DNA from: Holophaga sp.
GTDB lineage: Bacteria; Acidobacteriota; Holophagae; Holophagales; Holophagaceae
Direction: 5' to 3'
Length of the DNA stretch: 55,256 bases
Assembly: GCA_041908845.1 (NCBI GenBank)
Contig: JAYREN010000001.1
Location: forward strand, 1-55,256
Shown: positions 47,149-55,256 of the stretch, piece after piece
Numbering within the stretch: position 1 is the stretch's first letter
How the letters are laid out: every line of letters begins with the position of its first letter
Position numbers and translations under genes: made by a program
Notes under the pieces: generated by a model
Told to the model about the DNA's origin: nothing
Database searches by the model: none
Seen by the model: only the letters and a program-made list of their open reading frames with translations

Positions 47149-48792
47149 ATGGCGACAACCATGAGTTTCCAGGGCGTCACGACGGGACTTCAGACCGACA
47201 ATCTGATCAAGGCCATCATCGCCCGGGACAGCGGTGGGGTGGAGCGCCTCCAGGGCCGTCAGGCCCTCAACACCAAGCGCTCCGCCGCCCTGGCGTCCAT
47301 GCGTTCGGGCATGACCAACATCACCGTGAGCATGGCCAAGCTCTTCGACAGCTTCGCCAACCGATCTGTTTCCAGCACGGATTCCACCGGAGCCTTCGCC
47401 ACCGCCACCGCCACCGGGGCGGCCAGCGGTAGTTACGAGGTCAAGGTCGCCTCGGTCGCCACCAAGGGCCAGCTGGGCCCCACCGTGGTGGATGAGCTGC
47501 CCACCACCCTGGCCATGGCGGATGCCAACACGGCGATCACCAGTGGCACCGGAAATTTCACGGTGACCGGCACCGACGGCGTGGCCAAGACCTTTGAACT
47601 CACCAACAACAGCCTCAACGGCCTAAGGGATGCCATCAACGCCTCGGGCGCCGGGGTCACGGCGACCGTCGTCAACACCGGCAAGGGCGGCAATCAGTAC
47701 CAGCTCGTGCTCACGGCCAAGGAGACGGGCACGGGCACCACCAGCGGTGTTGTTTCCCTGCGGGCGTCCGGGTTTACCAGTACCGAGGCTTCCCTGGGCG
47801 ACCTGGCCGGAGGGCTCTCCTCGACTCCAGCGGGAACCGCCAAGGATGCGGTCTTTTCGATCAACGGGATCGAAATGACCCGCAAGAGCAATGTCGTTAC
47901 CGATGCGGTGGACGGGGTCACCTTCACCCTGAAGAAGGGTGACGCCACCAACACCACCACCCTCACTGTGGGCCAAGACAAGGCCAACGCCACGGCGGCC
48001 ATGCAGGATGTCATCGCCAAATTCAACGCGGTTCTCAAGACTTACAAGGATGCCTCGGCGGTCTCCAAGACCGACACGGGAGTCACCAACCAGGGCCCGC
48101 TGACCAGCGATGCGGTGGCCCGCTCGGTCATCAACGACCTGCGCAGCGTGCTCCGGGGCAACCCTGATGGCCTGCCGGATTCTGCCACGTTCAAGTCCGC
48201 CGCGGACCTTGGCATCAAGACCAACGCCGACGGCACCCTGAGTCTGGATACCACGATCTTCCAGGCCGCCCTCGACAAGGATCCGGTGGCGGTCAAGAAC
48301 GTCTTCGCCTTCTCTGGCAGTTCCACGAACGGGGCGGTTTCCTTCGCTTCCGGAACCTCCAAAACGGCCACCGGCCCCGTGGATTTCGCCATCACCACCG
48401 GTGCCGGGGGAACTCTCACGGGCTCGCTCACGGTGGGGGGCACGACGTATGCCGACCTCAGCGTGACCAACGGCGTCCTCACGGGGCCTGCGGGCACTCC
48501 CCTGGAGGGATTGAAGCTGAATGTCACCGGTCCCGGCACGGGCGCACTGACGCTCACTCGAGGCATTGGTTCAAAGCTGCAGGATATGATCACCAGCCTC
48601 ACTTCTTATTCGGGGACCATCGAAACGACTCGCACCAGCATCGAGGCCCAGAACAAGATCCTGGCCACCCGTATCGAGTCCGGGCAGGCCAATCTGGAGA
48701 AGAAACGTCTCGCCCTCAAGGCGCAGTTCGACAAGATGGAGACCATGGTCTCCCAGCTGCGGGCCTCCAGTTCGAGCCTCAGCGGGATCTGA
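47149..48792 (+). CDS. fliD: Flagellar filament capping protein FliD
   Basis: The N-terminus is GVTTGLQTDNLIKAIIARDSGGVERLQ. The C-terminal coiled coil is TSIEAQNKILATRIESGQANLEKKRLALKAQFDKMETMVSQL. Confidence 0.92.
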   Translation: MATTMSFQGVTTGLQTDNLIKAIIARDSGGVERLQGRQALNTKRSAALASMRSGMTNITVSMAKLFDSFANRSVSSTDSTGAFATATATGAASGSYEVKVASVATKGQLGPTVVDELPTTLAMADANTAITSGTGNFTVTGTDGVAKTFELTNNSLNGLRDAINASGAGVTATVVNTGKGGNQYQLVLTAKETGTGTTSGVVSLRASGFTSTEASLGDLAGGLSSTPAGTAKDAVFSINGIEMTRKSNVVTDAVDGVTFTLKKGDATNTTTLTVGQDKANATAAMQDVIAKFNAVLKTYKDASAVSKTDTGVTNQGPLTSDAVARSVINDLRSVLRGNPDGLPDSATFKSAADLGIKTNADGTLSLDTTIFQAALDKDPVAVKNVFAFSGSSTNGAVSFASGTSKTATGPVDFAITTGAGGTLTGSLTVGGTTYADLSVTNGVLTGPAGTPLEGLKLNVTGPGTGALTLTRGIGSKLQDMITSLTSYSGTIETTRTSIEAQNKILATRIESGQANLEKKRLALKAQFDKMETMVSQLRASSSSLSGI

Positions 48793-48818
48793 GACATCCA
48801 ATTCCCGCGCCACAAATG

Positions 48819-48845
48819 GCCCCCTGCCGTCAGGGGGCTTTTTCT
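48819..48845 (+). terminator. Rho-independent terminator after fliD
   Basis: GCCCCCTG-ccgt-CAGGGGGC is followed by TTTTTCT. Confidence 0.8.
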
Positions 48846-48903
48846 TTCCCGGCCGAACCTCTCCCCAGGCAAGGGTTTCCATGAGAAAACGTAGAGCCAT
48901 CGC

Positions 48904-50382
48904 TTGAAGGGGAAACAGAGGGTGCATCCGAACCATGCCAAGTTCCTGGCCAGGGCCCATGCCCTTGACCGCTCCGGGCGCGGCCCGGAGGCTCTTGCCG
49001 CCTACCGGGAGTACCTGACCCTGGAACCAGGCCATGCGGAAGCCTGGGCGGATTACGCGGGTCAACTGCTGGTGCTTCGCCAGTCGAAGGAAGCGGAAGC
49101 AGCCTGCGGGAAGGCCCTGGCGCTCGACCCTCGGAACCTTTCCGCGCGCATCAACCTGGGCTGCGTCCACATGCAGAAAGGTCAGTGGGAATCGGCTCTC
49201 GGTCAGTTCCGGGCCGTGCTGGCCGCGAATCCCGGCCGGGTGGATGCCCGCCGCGCCTTGGCGGAGTGTCTCCTGAAGGCGGGGCACCTGGATCAGGCGG
49301 AACAGGAATTGATGCGAATCCTAGGTCAGGACGCCCGGAGCCTTGAGGCCCATCAGCTGCTTGGCCACATCTACTACTCCCAGGGCCGTTGGGAAGATTT
49401 CCAGACCGAGATCGATCGCTTCCGGGTCCTGGACCCTGCCTGTGCCTACCTGGATTTCGAGCAAGGCTTCCTCGATCTGCTGTTCGGACGGATGCCCCAG
49501 GGCTGGAAGGGCCACGAGGCGCGCCTGCGCATTCCCGGCCTAGTGGGACCAACGCGCACCTTTTCTCAACCCGCCTGGCAGGGCGAGTCTTTCAAAGGGA
49601 AGACCCTCCTTCTCTGTTACGAACAGGGGCTGGGGGACACGCTCATGTTCATCCGCTACGCCCCTCAGGTGAAGGCCCTTGGGGGTCGGGTGATTCTCGA
49701 GGCCCAGCCCTCCCTCGCGGCGGTGGCCGCCACCTGCCCTGGAGTGGATCGGGTCATCCCCAGGGGCGAGCCGCTGCCCGCCTTCGATCTCTACGCGTCC
49801 CTGCTCTCCCTGCCCTGGTTGTTCCGCACGGAACTCTCCACCATTCCAGCCGAGATCCCCTATCTGGATGTACCACCCCAGGTGCCCCATCGCCAGGTGC
49901 TTTCGGAACTTCTGGCCCTGACCCAGGGCAGAATCCGCATCGGCCTTGTCTGGGCTGGCAATCCCAACCACAAGCGGGACGGGGAACGCTCCATTCCCGC
50001 GGCGGCCCTGGCCCCCCTGGCCGCCTTGCCGGGGGTGGCCTGGTTCAGTTTTCAGCTGGGACGCACGGATGCTCCGGCCTTGCCCAATCTGGTTCCCCTG
50101 GCGCCCCTGCTCAGTGATTTCACCGATACGGCCTACGCCCTGAGCGGCATGGACCTGGTGATCAGCGTGGATACGGCCCTCACCCATCTTTCCGGAGCTC
50201 TGGGTATTCCCACCCTGCTGCTCCTCACCTTCCAACCGGACTGGCGCTGGATGCTGGACCGGGAGGACAGCCCTTGGTATCCCAGCCTGCATCTGTACCG
50301 ACAGCCCCAGGCGGGGGATTGGGGCTCGGTCATCCGGCGCCTGGTGGATGATTTGGCCCCTGAAGCTCCAGCCCAGCCCTGA
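48904..50382 (+). CDS. TPR-domain protein with C-terminal GT9-like glycosyltransferase fold (candidate flagellin glycosyltransferase), paralogue 1
   Basis: The N-terminal 170 aa or so are TPR repeats. The C-terminal part has LLLCYEQGLGDTLMFIRYAP, RIGLVWAGNPNHKRDGERSIP and MDLVISVDTALTHLSGALGIPT. The start (TTG 48904 or GTG 48922) is uncertain. Confidence 0.75.
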   Translation: MKGKQRVHPNHAKFLARAHALDRSGRGPEALAAYREYLTLEPGHAEAWADYAGQLLVLRQSKEAEAACGKALALDPRNLSARINLGCVHMQKGQWESALGQFRAVLAANPGRVDARRALAECLLKAGHLDQAEQELMRILGQDARSLEAHQLLGHIYYSQGRWEDFQTEIDRFRVLDPACAYLDFEQGFLDLLFGRMPQGWKGHEARLRIPGLVGPTRTFSQPAWQGESFKGKTLLLCYEQGLGDTLMFIRYAPQVKALGGRVILEAQPSLAAVAATCPGVDRVIPRGEPLPAFDLYASLLSLPWLFRTELSTIPAEIPYLDVPPQVPHRQVLSELLALTQGRIRIGLVWAGNPNHKRDGERSIPAAALAPLAALPGVAWFSFQLGRTDAPALPNLVPLAPLLSDFTDTAYALSGMDLVISVDTALTHLSGALGIPTLLLLTFQPDWRWMLDREDSPWYPSLHLYRQPQAGDWGSVIRRLVDDLAPEAPAQP

Positions 50383-51577
50383 AGGATTTCTCGTGGAATC
50401 TCCGCCCCCTCTTTCGTCAACAACCCCTGCTGGAACACCCTCGGGCGGGCGCCTCGAGGATCGGCTGGTGCAAGCGGATGCCTGGGTCCGGGAGGGCAGC
50501 CTCCAGCAGGCTCGCGAACTGCTGCTGCAGTGCCTCGCCCAAGCACCGGACAGTGCGGCCATTCACAGTCGCCTCACGACGGTGTACCTCCGCCTGCGGG
50601 ACTGGAACGGTCTGCGGTCCGAACTCGAATACGCCCAACGAAACCTGCCTGCGGATCTGGCGGAGTACGAGCACAGCTACCTGAGCCTGCTATTCGGCGA
50701 GATGCCCAAGGGCTGGGATCAATGGGAGGTCCGCCTGCGGATCCCCGGCAAGGTGGGACCGCCGCGCACCTTCACCCAGCCTCGGTGGACGGGCGAGCCC
50801 TTCCCCGACCGAACCCTGCTGCTCCACTTCGAGCAAGGCTTCGGCGATACCTTCATGTTCCTGCGCTACGCGCCCCTGGTGAAGACTCGGGGCGGAAGGG
50901 TCGTTCTCCTGGCGCAGAAACAGATCGCCGCGGTGGCCGCCACCTGTCCCGGCATCGATGCGGTCATCCCGGAAGGAGCCCCGCTCCCCGCCTTTGATCT
51001 GCACCTTTCCCTGCCCTCCCTTCCCTACGTGTTCCGCACAGATCTGAACTCCATCCCCTGCGAAATTCCTTACCTTGACGTGCCCGAACAAGTGCCCAAC
51101 CGTCAGGCGCTCGCTCGCCTTCTGGCCAAGGGCGATGGGCGGGTGCGCATCGGCTGCTCGTGGGCGGGGAGCCCCAAGCACAAGCGGGACAAGGAGCGCT
51201 CCATTCCATTGAAGACCTTTGGTCTGCTGGCGGCGCTGCCCGACGTGGCCTGGTACAGCTTCCAGTTCGGGGTGATGAACAACCCGGCCCTGCCGGGCAT
51301 CACCCCCCTTGCCCCTGCCCTGCAGAATTTTTCAGACACCGCCTACGCCCTGAGTGGCATGGACCTGGTGATAACCGTGGACACGGCCCTGGCCCACCTC
51401 GCCGGGGCCATGGGCATCCCAACCCTGCTCCTGGTCCACTTCCAGCCGGATTTCCGATGGTTGCTGAACCGGGAGGATAGTCCCTGGTACCCGACCCTTA
51501 GGATCTTCCGGCAACCCACCCCGGGGGACTGGGAGGCCACCCTTCGGAATGTCGTCCAGGAATTGACGCAGGCGTGA
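50348..51577 (+). CDS. TPR-domain protein with C-terminal GT9-like glycosyltransferase fold, paralogue 2
   Basis: The catalytic half is collinear with paralogue 1 (LLLHFEQGFGDTFMFLRYAP, RIGCSWAGSPKHKRDKERSIP, MDLVITVDTALAHLAGAMGIPT). ATG 50348 overlaps the upstream gene by 35 nt; GTG 50393 is an alternative start. Confidence 0.75.
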   Translation: MIWPLKLQPSPEGFLVESPPPLSSTTPAGTPSGGRLEDRLVQADAWVREGSLQQARELLLQCLAQAPDSAAIHSRLTTVYLRLRDWNGLRSELEYAQRNLPADLAEYEHSYLSLLFGEMPKGWDQWEVRLRIPGKVGPPRTFTQPRWTGEPFPDRTLLLHFEQGFGDTFMFLRYAPLVKTRGGRVVLLAQKQIAAVAATCPGIDAVIPEGAPLPAFDLHLSLPSLPYVFRTDLNSIPCEIPYLDVPEQVPNRQALARLLAKGDGRVRIGCSWAGSPKHKRDKERSIPLKTFGLLAALPDVAWYSFQFGVMNNPALPGITPLAPALQNFSDTAYALSGMDLVITVDTALAHLAGAMGIPTLLLVHFQPDFRWLLNREDSPWYPTLRIFRQPTPGDWEATLRNVVQELTQA

Positions 51578-51614
51578 TGTCCGGGCCTTGCCTGAATATC
51601 ACACGGGGGCCATA

Positions 51615-51637
51615 GGGACCAGGCGGTCCCCCCTTTT
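51615..51637 (+). terminator. Short GC hairpin plus T-run between convergent genes
   Basis: GGGACC-aggc-GGTCCC is followed by CCCTTTT. Confidence 0.45.
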
Positions 51638-51661
51638 AGACTAGGTATCCGAAGGCGAGGC

Positions 51662-51949
51662 TCAAGTCGCCTTGTAGCCTTTGAGGGCGCGGGCGCCCTG
51701 TCCCTGCAGATTCAATTCCCTGCGCAGGAGATCCCGCTGCTCGGCGAGAGCCTCGGCCCGAGCATCCAGGCTCTTGGATAGGGCGTGAGCCCGTGTCACG
51801 ATCGCGGCCCATCCTGGCCCCCGCGAAGCGGAGAGCACGGCCTGATCGAAGCCTTCCCGCCAGGCGGCGATGGCCTCCGGTTCTGGCAGTTCTCCTTGAA
51901 GCAATTGCTCCAGGGCATCTAGGGCAAGCACCACTTCTCGGTCGCTCAC
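51662..51949 (-). CDS. Small helical protein downstream of fliS (possible FliT-like chaperone, by position only)
   Basis: The 95-aa Ala/Leu/Glu/Arg-rich helical ORF overlaps the fliS stop by 4 nt. No diagnostic motif was recognised. Confidence 0.5.
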   Translation of the reverse strand: MSDREVVLALDALEQLLQGELPEPEAIAAWREGFDQAVLSASRGPGWAAIVTRAHALSKSLDARAEALAEQRDLLRRELNLQGQGARALKGYKAT

Positions 51950-52374
51950 ACGGACAGGCCGTCAATGGAGCCCGCTGGCTGATTTCCGGAACTCTTCCGG
52001 CGGTGGAGTTCTTCCCAGGTTTCTTTCAGTTCGCCCATGTGATTGAAGATCACCCGAAGGCGACCCGGTTCCCCGTTGAGCGAACCCTCGTAGAGTTCAT
52101 TCGTCCACCAGTCGTACAGGCGAATGAGGTTTTCCACGACTTCGCCCCCATCATCGAGATTGAGGCGCTCCTTGAGTCCCACGATGATGTCTGAAATCCG
52201 CCCAATGTACACGGCCTGATTGGGCAGGTCTCCGGTCTCCATGGCCTTGATCATCAGATTGAGGAACCGCTGCCCACCCTCCAGCAGCAGCGCCGCCACC
52301 TGCTCGGGACTCGCGCCCTGGATGCGCTGCACCAGGTAATGGTTGGTGGCTTTCCCTCCGGGGTATCCCTGCAT
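51946..52374 (-). CDS. fliS: Flagellin-specific export chaperone FliS
   Basis: The 142-aa product has ASPEQVAALLLEGGQRFL and VENLIRLYDWWTNEL, which are FliS four-helix-bundle signatures. A GAGAGGA RBS lies upstream. Confidence 0.9.
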   Translation of the reverse strand: MQGYPGGKATNHYLVQRIQGASPEQVAALLLEGGQRFLNLMIKAMETGDLPNQAVYIGRISDIIVGLKERLNLDDGGEVVENLIRLYDWWTNELYEGSLNGEPGRLRVIFNHMGELKETWEELHRRKSSGNQPAGSIDGLSV

Positions 52375-52391
52375 GACAATCCTCTCAACGA

Positions 52392-52424
52392 GTATCGGCC
52401 AGGACTCTCCCGCGTATTATTTCT
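52392..52424 (-). promoter_or_regulatory. Sigma-28-like promoter candidate upstream of fliS
   Basis: On the minus strand GCCGATAC matches 7 of 8 positions of the GCCGATAA -10 and lies 17 nt before the fliS ATG. The -35 region is only A-rich (GAAATAATA) with no clean TAAA at 15-nt spacing. Confidence 0.3.
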
Positions 52425-52500
52425 GTCCGGCGAGCGGGGATCATGATCAGCAATGGGCCAATGGTATCTCTTCGACCGACTGCCCGTGGATCTTGATCCG

Positions 52501-53904
52501 TCAGGCCCGGTCCTTCCCCCCGCCCAGCATGGCCCTGAAGCGCCCGAAGAGGCCTGCGCTCTCGGAAACCTCCTCGTCGGGCTCCTTGGGGTTGACGTCT
52601 GCGGGAATGGCCACCGATGGATCGAGTTCCAGGGCCTTCTTGAAGCAGGCCTTGGCGTTGGCCTTGAATCCTTTCCGGTGGTAGACCTCTCCCATGAGTG
52701 CCCAGGGTTCGGCGGCCTTGGGCTGCAGTCTGGAGGCGGCCTGGAGGGCCTCGATCGCCCGGGTGGACCAAGCCGGATTCACGAGACGGTGTTTGCCCAG
52801 CAGCAGCCATGGCTCGTAAGCCTGGTCGCTGTCCGGGTCGAGTTTCACGCACTGCTCTAGAAAACGGATGGCCTCTGCCGTGCGGTCCTGAACCAGCAGG
52901 GTCCGTGCCTTCGCGAACAATTTCTTGGCCCGAAGGAGGGGACTCTCGGTGGCAAGTTCAGCCTCGTGCAGAGGGATCGACGGGATCTCCGCATAGGCCG
53001 GGAAGGCAACCCCAGGAGCACTATCATCCAACTCGATCGGCGTTTCTTCCCCGGCTCGGGGTTCGAAGTCCAGCGGCGGCAGCGCCGTGGGCGTGTTGGA
53101 GGGCAGATGAGCCGAAGACATCACGGGAGGGGTTATCGCTTCCAGCGGGATGGGCTGGGGTTCCGGGGAAGGCTCCACCAGAGGCAGGGAGCCCTGGGAA
53201 AGGGAGATGGACCCCAGCGCCCAGAGGGTCACCAGGAGTCGCGCTGCCACACCTTCAGGGAGGTTGCTGAGTGAAAGAAAAGTCTCGAAGCCCACGGGCT
53301 CACGCCCCAGGAAGGAGAGCGCGTAGGCCGTTTGCGGGGTGAGAGGCAGATCGCTCATGGACTCCAGCAGATCTCCGTGGGCCTCCCAGCGCCATTCCTT
53401 CTCCAGGAAGAGGAGATCGCAGAGTTCGTCCTCGTTGTGGGCCTCTCTGAAGGTGCTCCAGACAAAGTGTCGATGGTTCACGCGAAAGCGCAGATCATCG
53501 CTCAACTGTTGCTGCACGCCCCCTGGTTTCCATTCCATGTGGACGATGGTGTGTTCCAGGGCGTGGATCATCACCTGCTCCTGGAGTGAGCCCAGGTGGA
53601 GATCCCGCTCCTCGATGGTCATCAGGCCCCACTGAATGACCTTTTCGCCCAGGCGAAACCGTTCCTCGTTGGCGAGCAGTTCGTTGAGGGCGGCGTAGTC
53701 CAGGATTCCCTGGCGCAGGAGGTAGTTCCCGAACTGCTCCCCCGCCACATCGCTCTGGAGATACACGATGTTGCCGTCCGCCCAGTAGAAGCGCCTGCAA
53801 CCATCATTCTGCTCCAGAACAAGGGTGCCTTCAGCTCTCTGTTGGCAGAGCGCCCCCATGATGGCGGGCAGGATCTGGGGCAGGTCTGGCCGGGTCACAG
53901 GCAC
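52501..53904 (-). CDS. DUF4388 (PatA-N-like) domain protein with C-terminal TPR repeats
   Basis: The N-terminus LPAIMGALCQQRAEGTLVLEQNDGCRRFYWADGNIVYLQSDVAGEQFGNYLL fits the DUF4388 pattern. A Pro-rich linker and C-terminal TPR helices follow. Confidence 0.7.
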   Translation of the reverse strand: MPVTRPDLPQILPAIMGALCQQRAEGTLVLEQNDGCRRFYWADGNIVYLQSDVAGEQFGNYLLRQGILDYAALNELLANEERFRLGEKVIQWGLMTIEERDLHLGSLQEQVMIHALEHTIVHMEWKPGGVQQQLSDDLRFRVNHRHFVWSTFREAHNEDELCDLLFLEKEWRWEAHGDLLESMSDLPLTPQTAYALSFLGREPVGFETFLSLSNLPEGVAARLLVTLWALGSISLSQGSLPLVEPSPEPQPIPLEAITPPVMSSAHLPSNTPTALPPLDFEPRAGEETPIELDDSAPGVAFPAYAEIPSIPLHEAELATESPLLRAKKLFAKARTLLVQDRTAEAIRFLEQCVKLDPDSDQAYEPWLLLGKHRLVNPAWSTRAIEALQAASRLQPKAAEPWALMGEVYHRKGFKANAKACFKKALELDPSVAIPADVNPKEPDEEVSESAGLFGRFRAMLGGGKDRA

Positions 53905-54040
53905 TCCCCACGAATAGGTGATGGGTCAATCATGCAACTAATCCAAGAGATACCAACCGATGCCACCCTTCCATTGGCCTCGGGCGGAGGAGGCCGTATT
54001 CTTTCGTGTGCTCCCATTTTGCACCGAATCAGGTGGATTC

Positions 54041-55256
54041 ATGTTTGAAAAACTTGGCAGGTTCCAGATCAAAAGACTTCTTGGCCAGGGCGCCATGGGC
54101 GAGGTCTACCTCGGCCTGGATCCTGCCATCGGGCGTGAGGTGGCCATCAAGACCATCATCCCCAACGCCGCCCAAGGCGAGGAAGCCAAGGCCCGCTTCG
54201 AACGGGAAGCCCGGGCCGCAGGAGTCTTGAACCATCCCCATCTCGTCACCATCTACGAGTTCGGCGAAGACCAGGGCGTGCTCTTCATCGCCATGGAGTA
54301 CGTCCGGGGCCATGACCTGGAGGAGCTCTTCCGCGATCAGTCCCTGAGCCGCTCCGAGGCCCTTGAGGTGCTGGCCCAGGTCTGCGAAGGCCTCAATTTC
54401 GCCCATCGCAACGGCATCGTGCATCGGGACATCAAGCCCTCCAACGTGCGGGTAACCCGTGATGGAAAGCGCATCCACGCCAAGGTGATGGATTTCGGTG
54501 TGGCTCGGGTGAGTAATTCCGACATGACCGCCACCGGCATGGTGATGGGCACCGTCAGCTACATGGCCCCGGAATACATCCGCTCCGGAAAGCCCGATCC
54601 CCGCTCGGATCTCTTTGCCGTGGGCGTGATGCTCTACGAAGTCCTATCGGGCCGCAAGCCCTTCTCCGGCGATACCACACCCACCATCCTCTACAAGATC
54701 GTCAACGAGCCCCCGGACCCCATCGATTTCGAGAGCCTTCAGGGCATCAGCCCGGCCATCCGAATGGTCCTGGATCGGTCCCTCGCCAAGGATCCGGATG
54801 CGCGATTCCAAACCGCCGAGGACCTCGCCAAGGCCCTCCGGGCCGCCAAGGATCCCACCTGGCAGGGCGAGATCGAAGAAGCGACTTCTCGGCTGATGGC
54901 CGCTGCACCTACGGCGCCCGTGCCTCCCCAGGGGCTTCCGCCCGCACCCCCAGCCCCGGCCACCGTGGGCGTGCCGACCCCGCCGCGAGCGTCCCAGGCC
55001 CCGCGCCGCTCCAATACGGGTCTGATCCTGGCCGCCAGCCTCGGCGGACTAATCCTCCTCGCCGGAGGCGGGTTCGCGGCCTACCGCGCCTTCGGTCGAC
55101 CGAAGAGCCCCGAAGTGGCCCAGCCCGCGGCCGGAGGAACGGCCTCGGTAGACGAAGGCCAGGCGCTTCCATCCCGTGAAACCACCTCCAAAATTCCGGG
55201 CCGAACCCCCACCCCGCAATTGCTTGGCCAAGTTCCCACACCCCCCGAGTCCCCCG
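54041..55256 (+). CDS. Hanks-type Ser/Thr protein kinase, membrane-anchored (3' end outside the window)
   Basis: Hand-translated from ATG 54041. Motifs are GQGAMGEVY, VAIK, HRDIKPSN, DFG and SYMAPE, then a Pro-rich linker and a TM segment GLILAASLGGLILLAGGGFAAY. No stop codon occurs before the window end. Confidence 0.9.
   Translation, partial: MFEKLGRFQIKRLLGQGAMGEVYLGLDPAIGREVAIKTIIPNAAQGEEAKARFEREARAAGVLNHPHLVTIYEFGEDQGVLFIAMEYVRGHDLEELFRDQSLSRSEALEVLAQVCEGLNFAHRNGIVHRDIKPSNVRVTRDGKRIHAKVMDFGVARVSNSDMTATGMVMGTVSYMAPEYIRSGKPDPRSDLFAVGVMLYEVLSGRKPFSGDTTPTILYKIVNEPPDPIDFESLQGISPAIRMVLDRSLAKDPDARFQTAEDLAKALRAAKDPTWQGEIEEATSRLMAAAPTAPVPPQGLPPAPPAPATVGVPTPPRASQAPRRSNTGLILAASLGGLILLAGGGFAAYRAFGRPKSPEVAQPAAGGTASVDEGQALPSRETTSKIPGRTPTPQLLGQVPTPPESP

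Overview
This is a densely coding, high-GC bacterial chromosome segment with about 50 genes. There are no rRNA genes, CRISPR arrays or obvious mobile elements, and one tRNA (Phe-GAA). Gene content (a CarboxypepD_reg-type TonB-dependent receptor, many TPR and glycosyltransferase fusions, a sigma-54 activator) fits an Acidobacteriota-like organism, but taxonomy cannot be established from this window alone.

Housekeeping genes recognised with confidence are uvrA, eno, ftsB, dapF, parA and parB, folC, upp, a pyrimidine-nucleoside phosphorylase, an rsmE fragment and an RNase D-like exonuclease. Signalling genes are a CHAD protein coupled to a HAMP histidine kinase, a histidine kinase with an NtrC-type sigma-54 response regulator, a LytS/LytTR pair, an orphan CheY-like receiver and a partial Hanks Ser/Thr kinase. 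A surface-glycan cluster at 13.3-19.4 kb encodes two GT4 enzymes, an acetyltransferase, a DegT aminotransferase and a PglF/CapD dehydratase.

The most interesting content is a split flagellar-filament module with no hook or basal-body genes in the window:
- At 1.1-2.6 kb there is a fused two-domain FliW, then CsrA with a long tail, then a YjfB-like small motility protein and a second proline-rich mini-ORF with the same C-terminal motif.
- At 37.6-52.4 kb a visibly AT-richer island of TPR-fused glycosyltransferases and methyltransferases flanks a very short (217 aa) flagellin. Its leader carries two GGA hairpins (candidate CsrA sites) and a sigma-28-like promoter. The flagellin is followed by flaG, fliD, two tandem TPR-GT9-like paralogues, and fliS plus a small FliT-like ORF.

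A second oddity is a TrpC-like TIM-barrel ORF whose catalytic residues look substituted. It is fused in frame to a long histone-H1-like Lys/Ala/Pro repeat tail encoded by 42-bp and 15-bp tandem repeats.

All functional calls come from reading motifs by eye. No database search was run.
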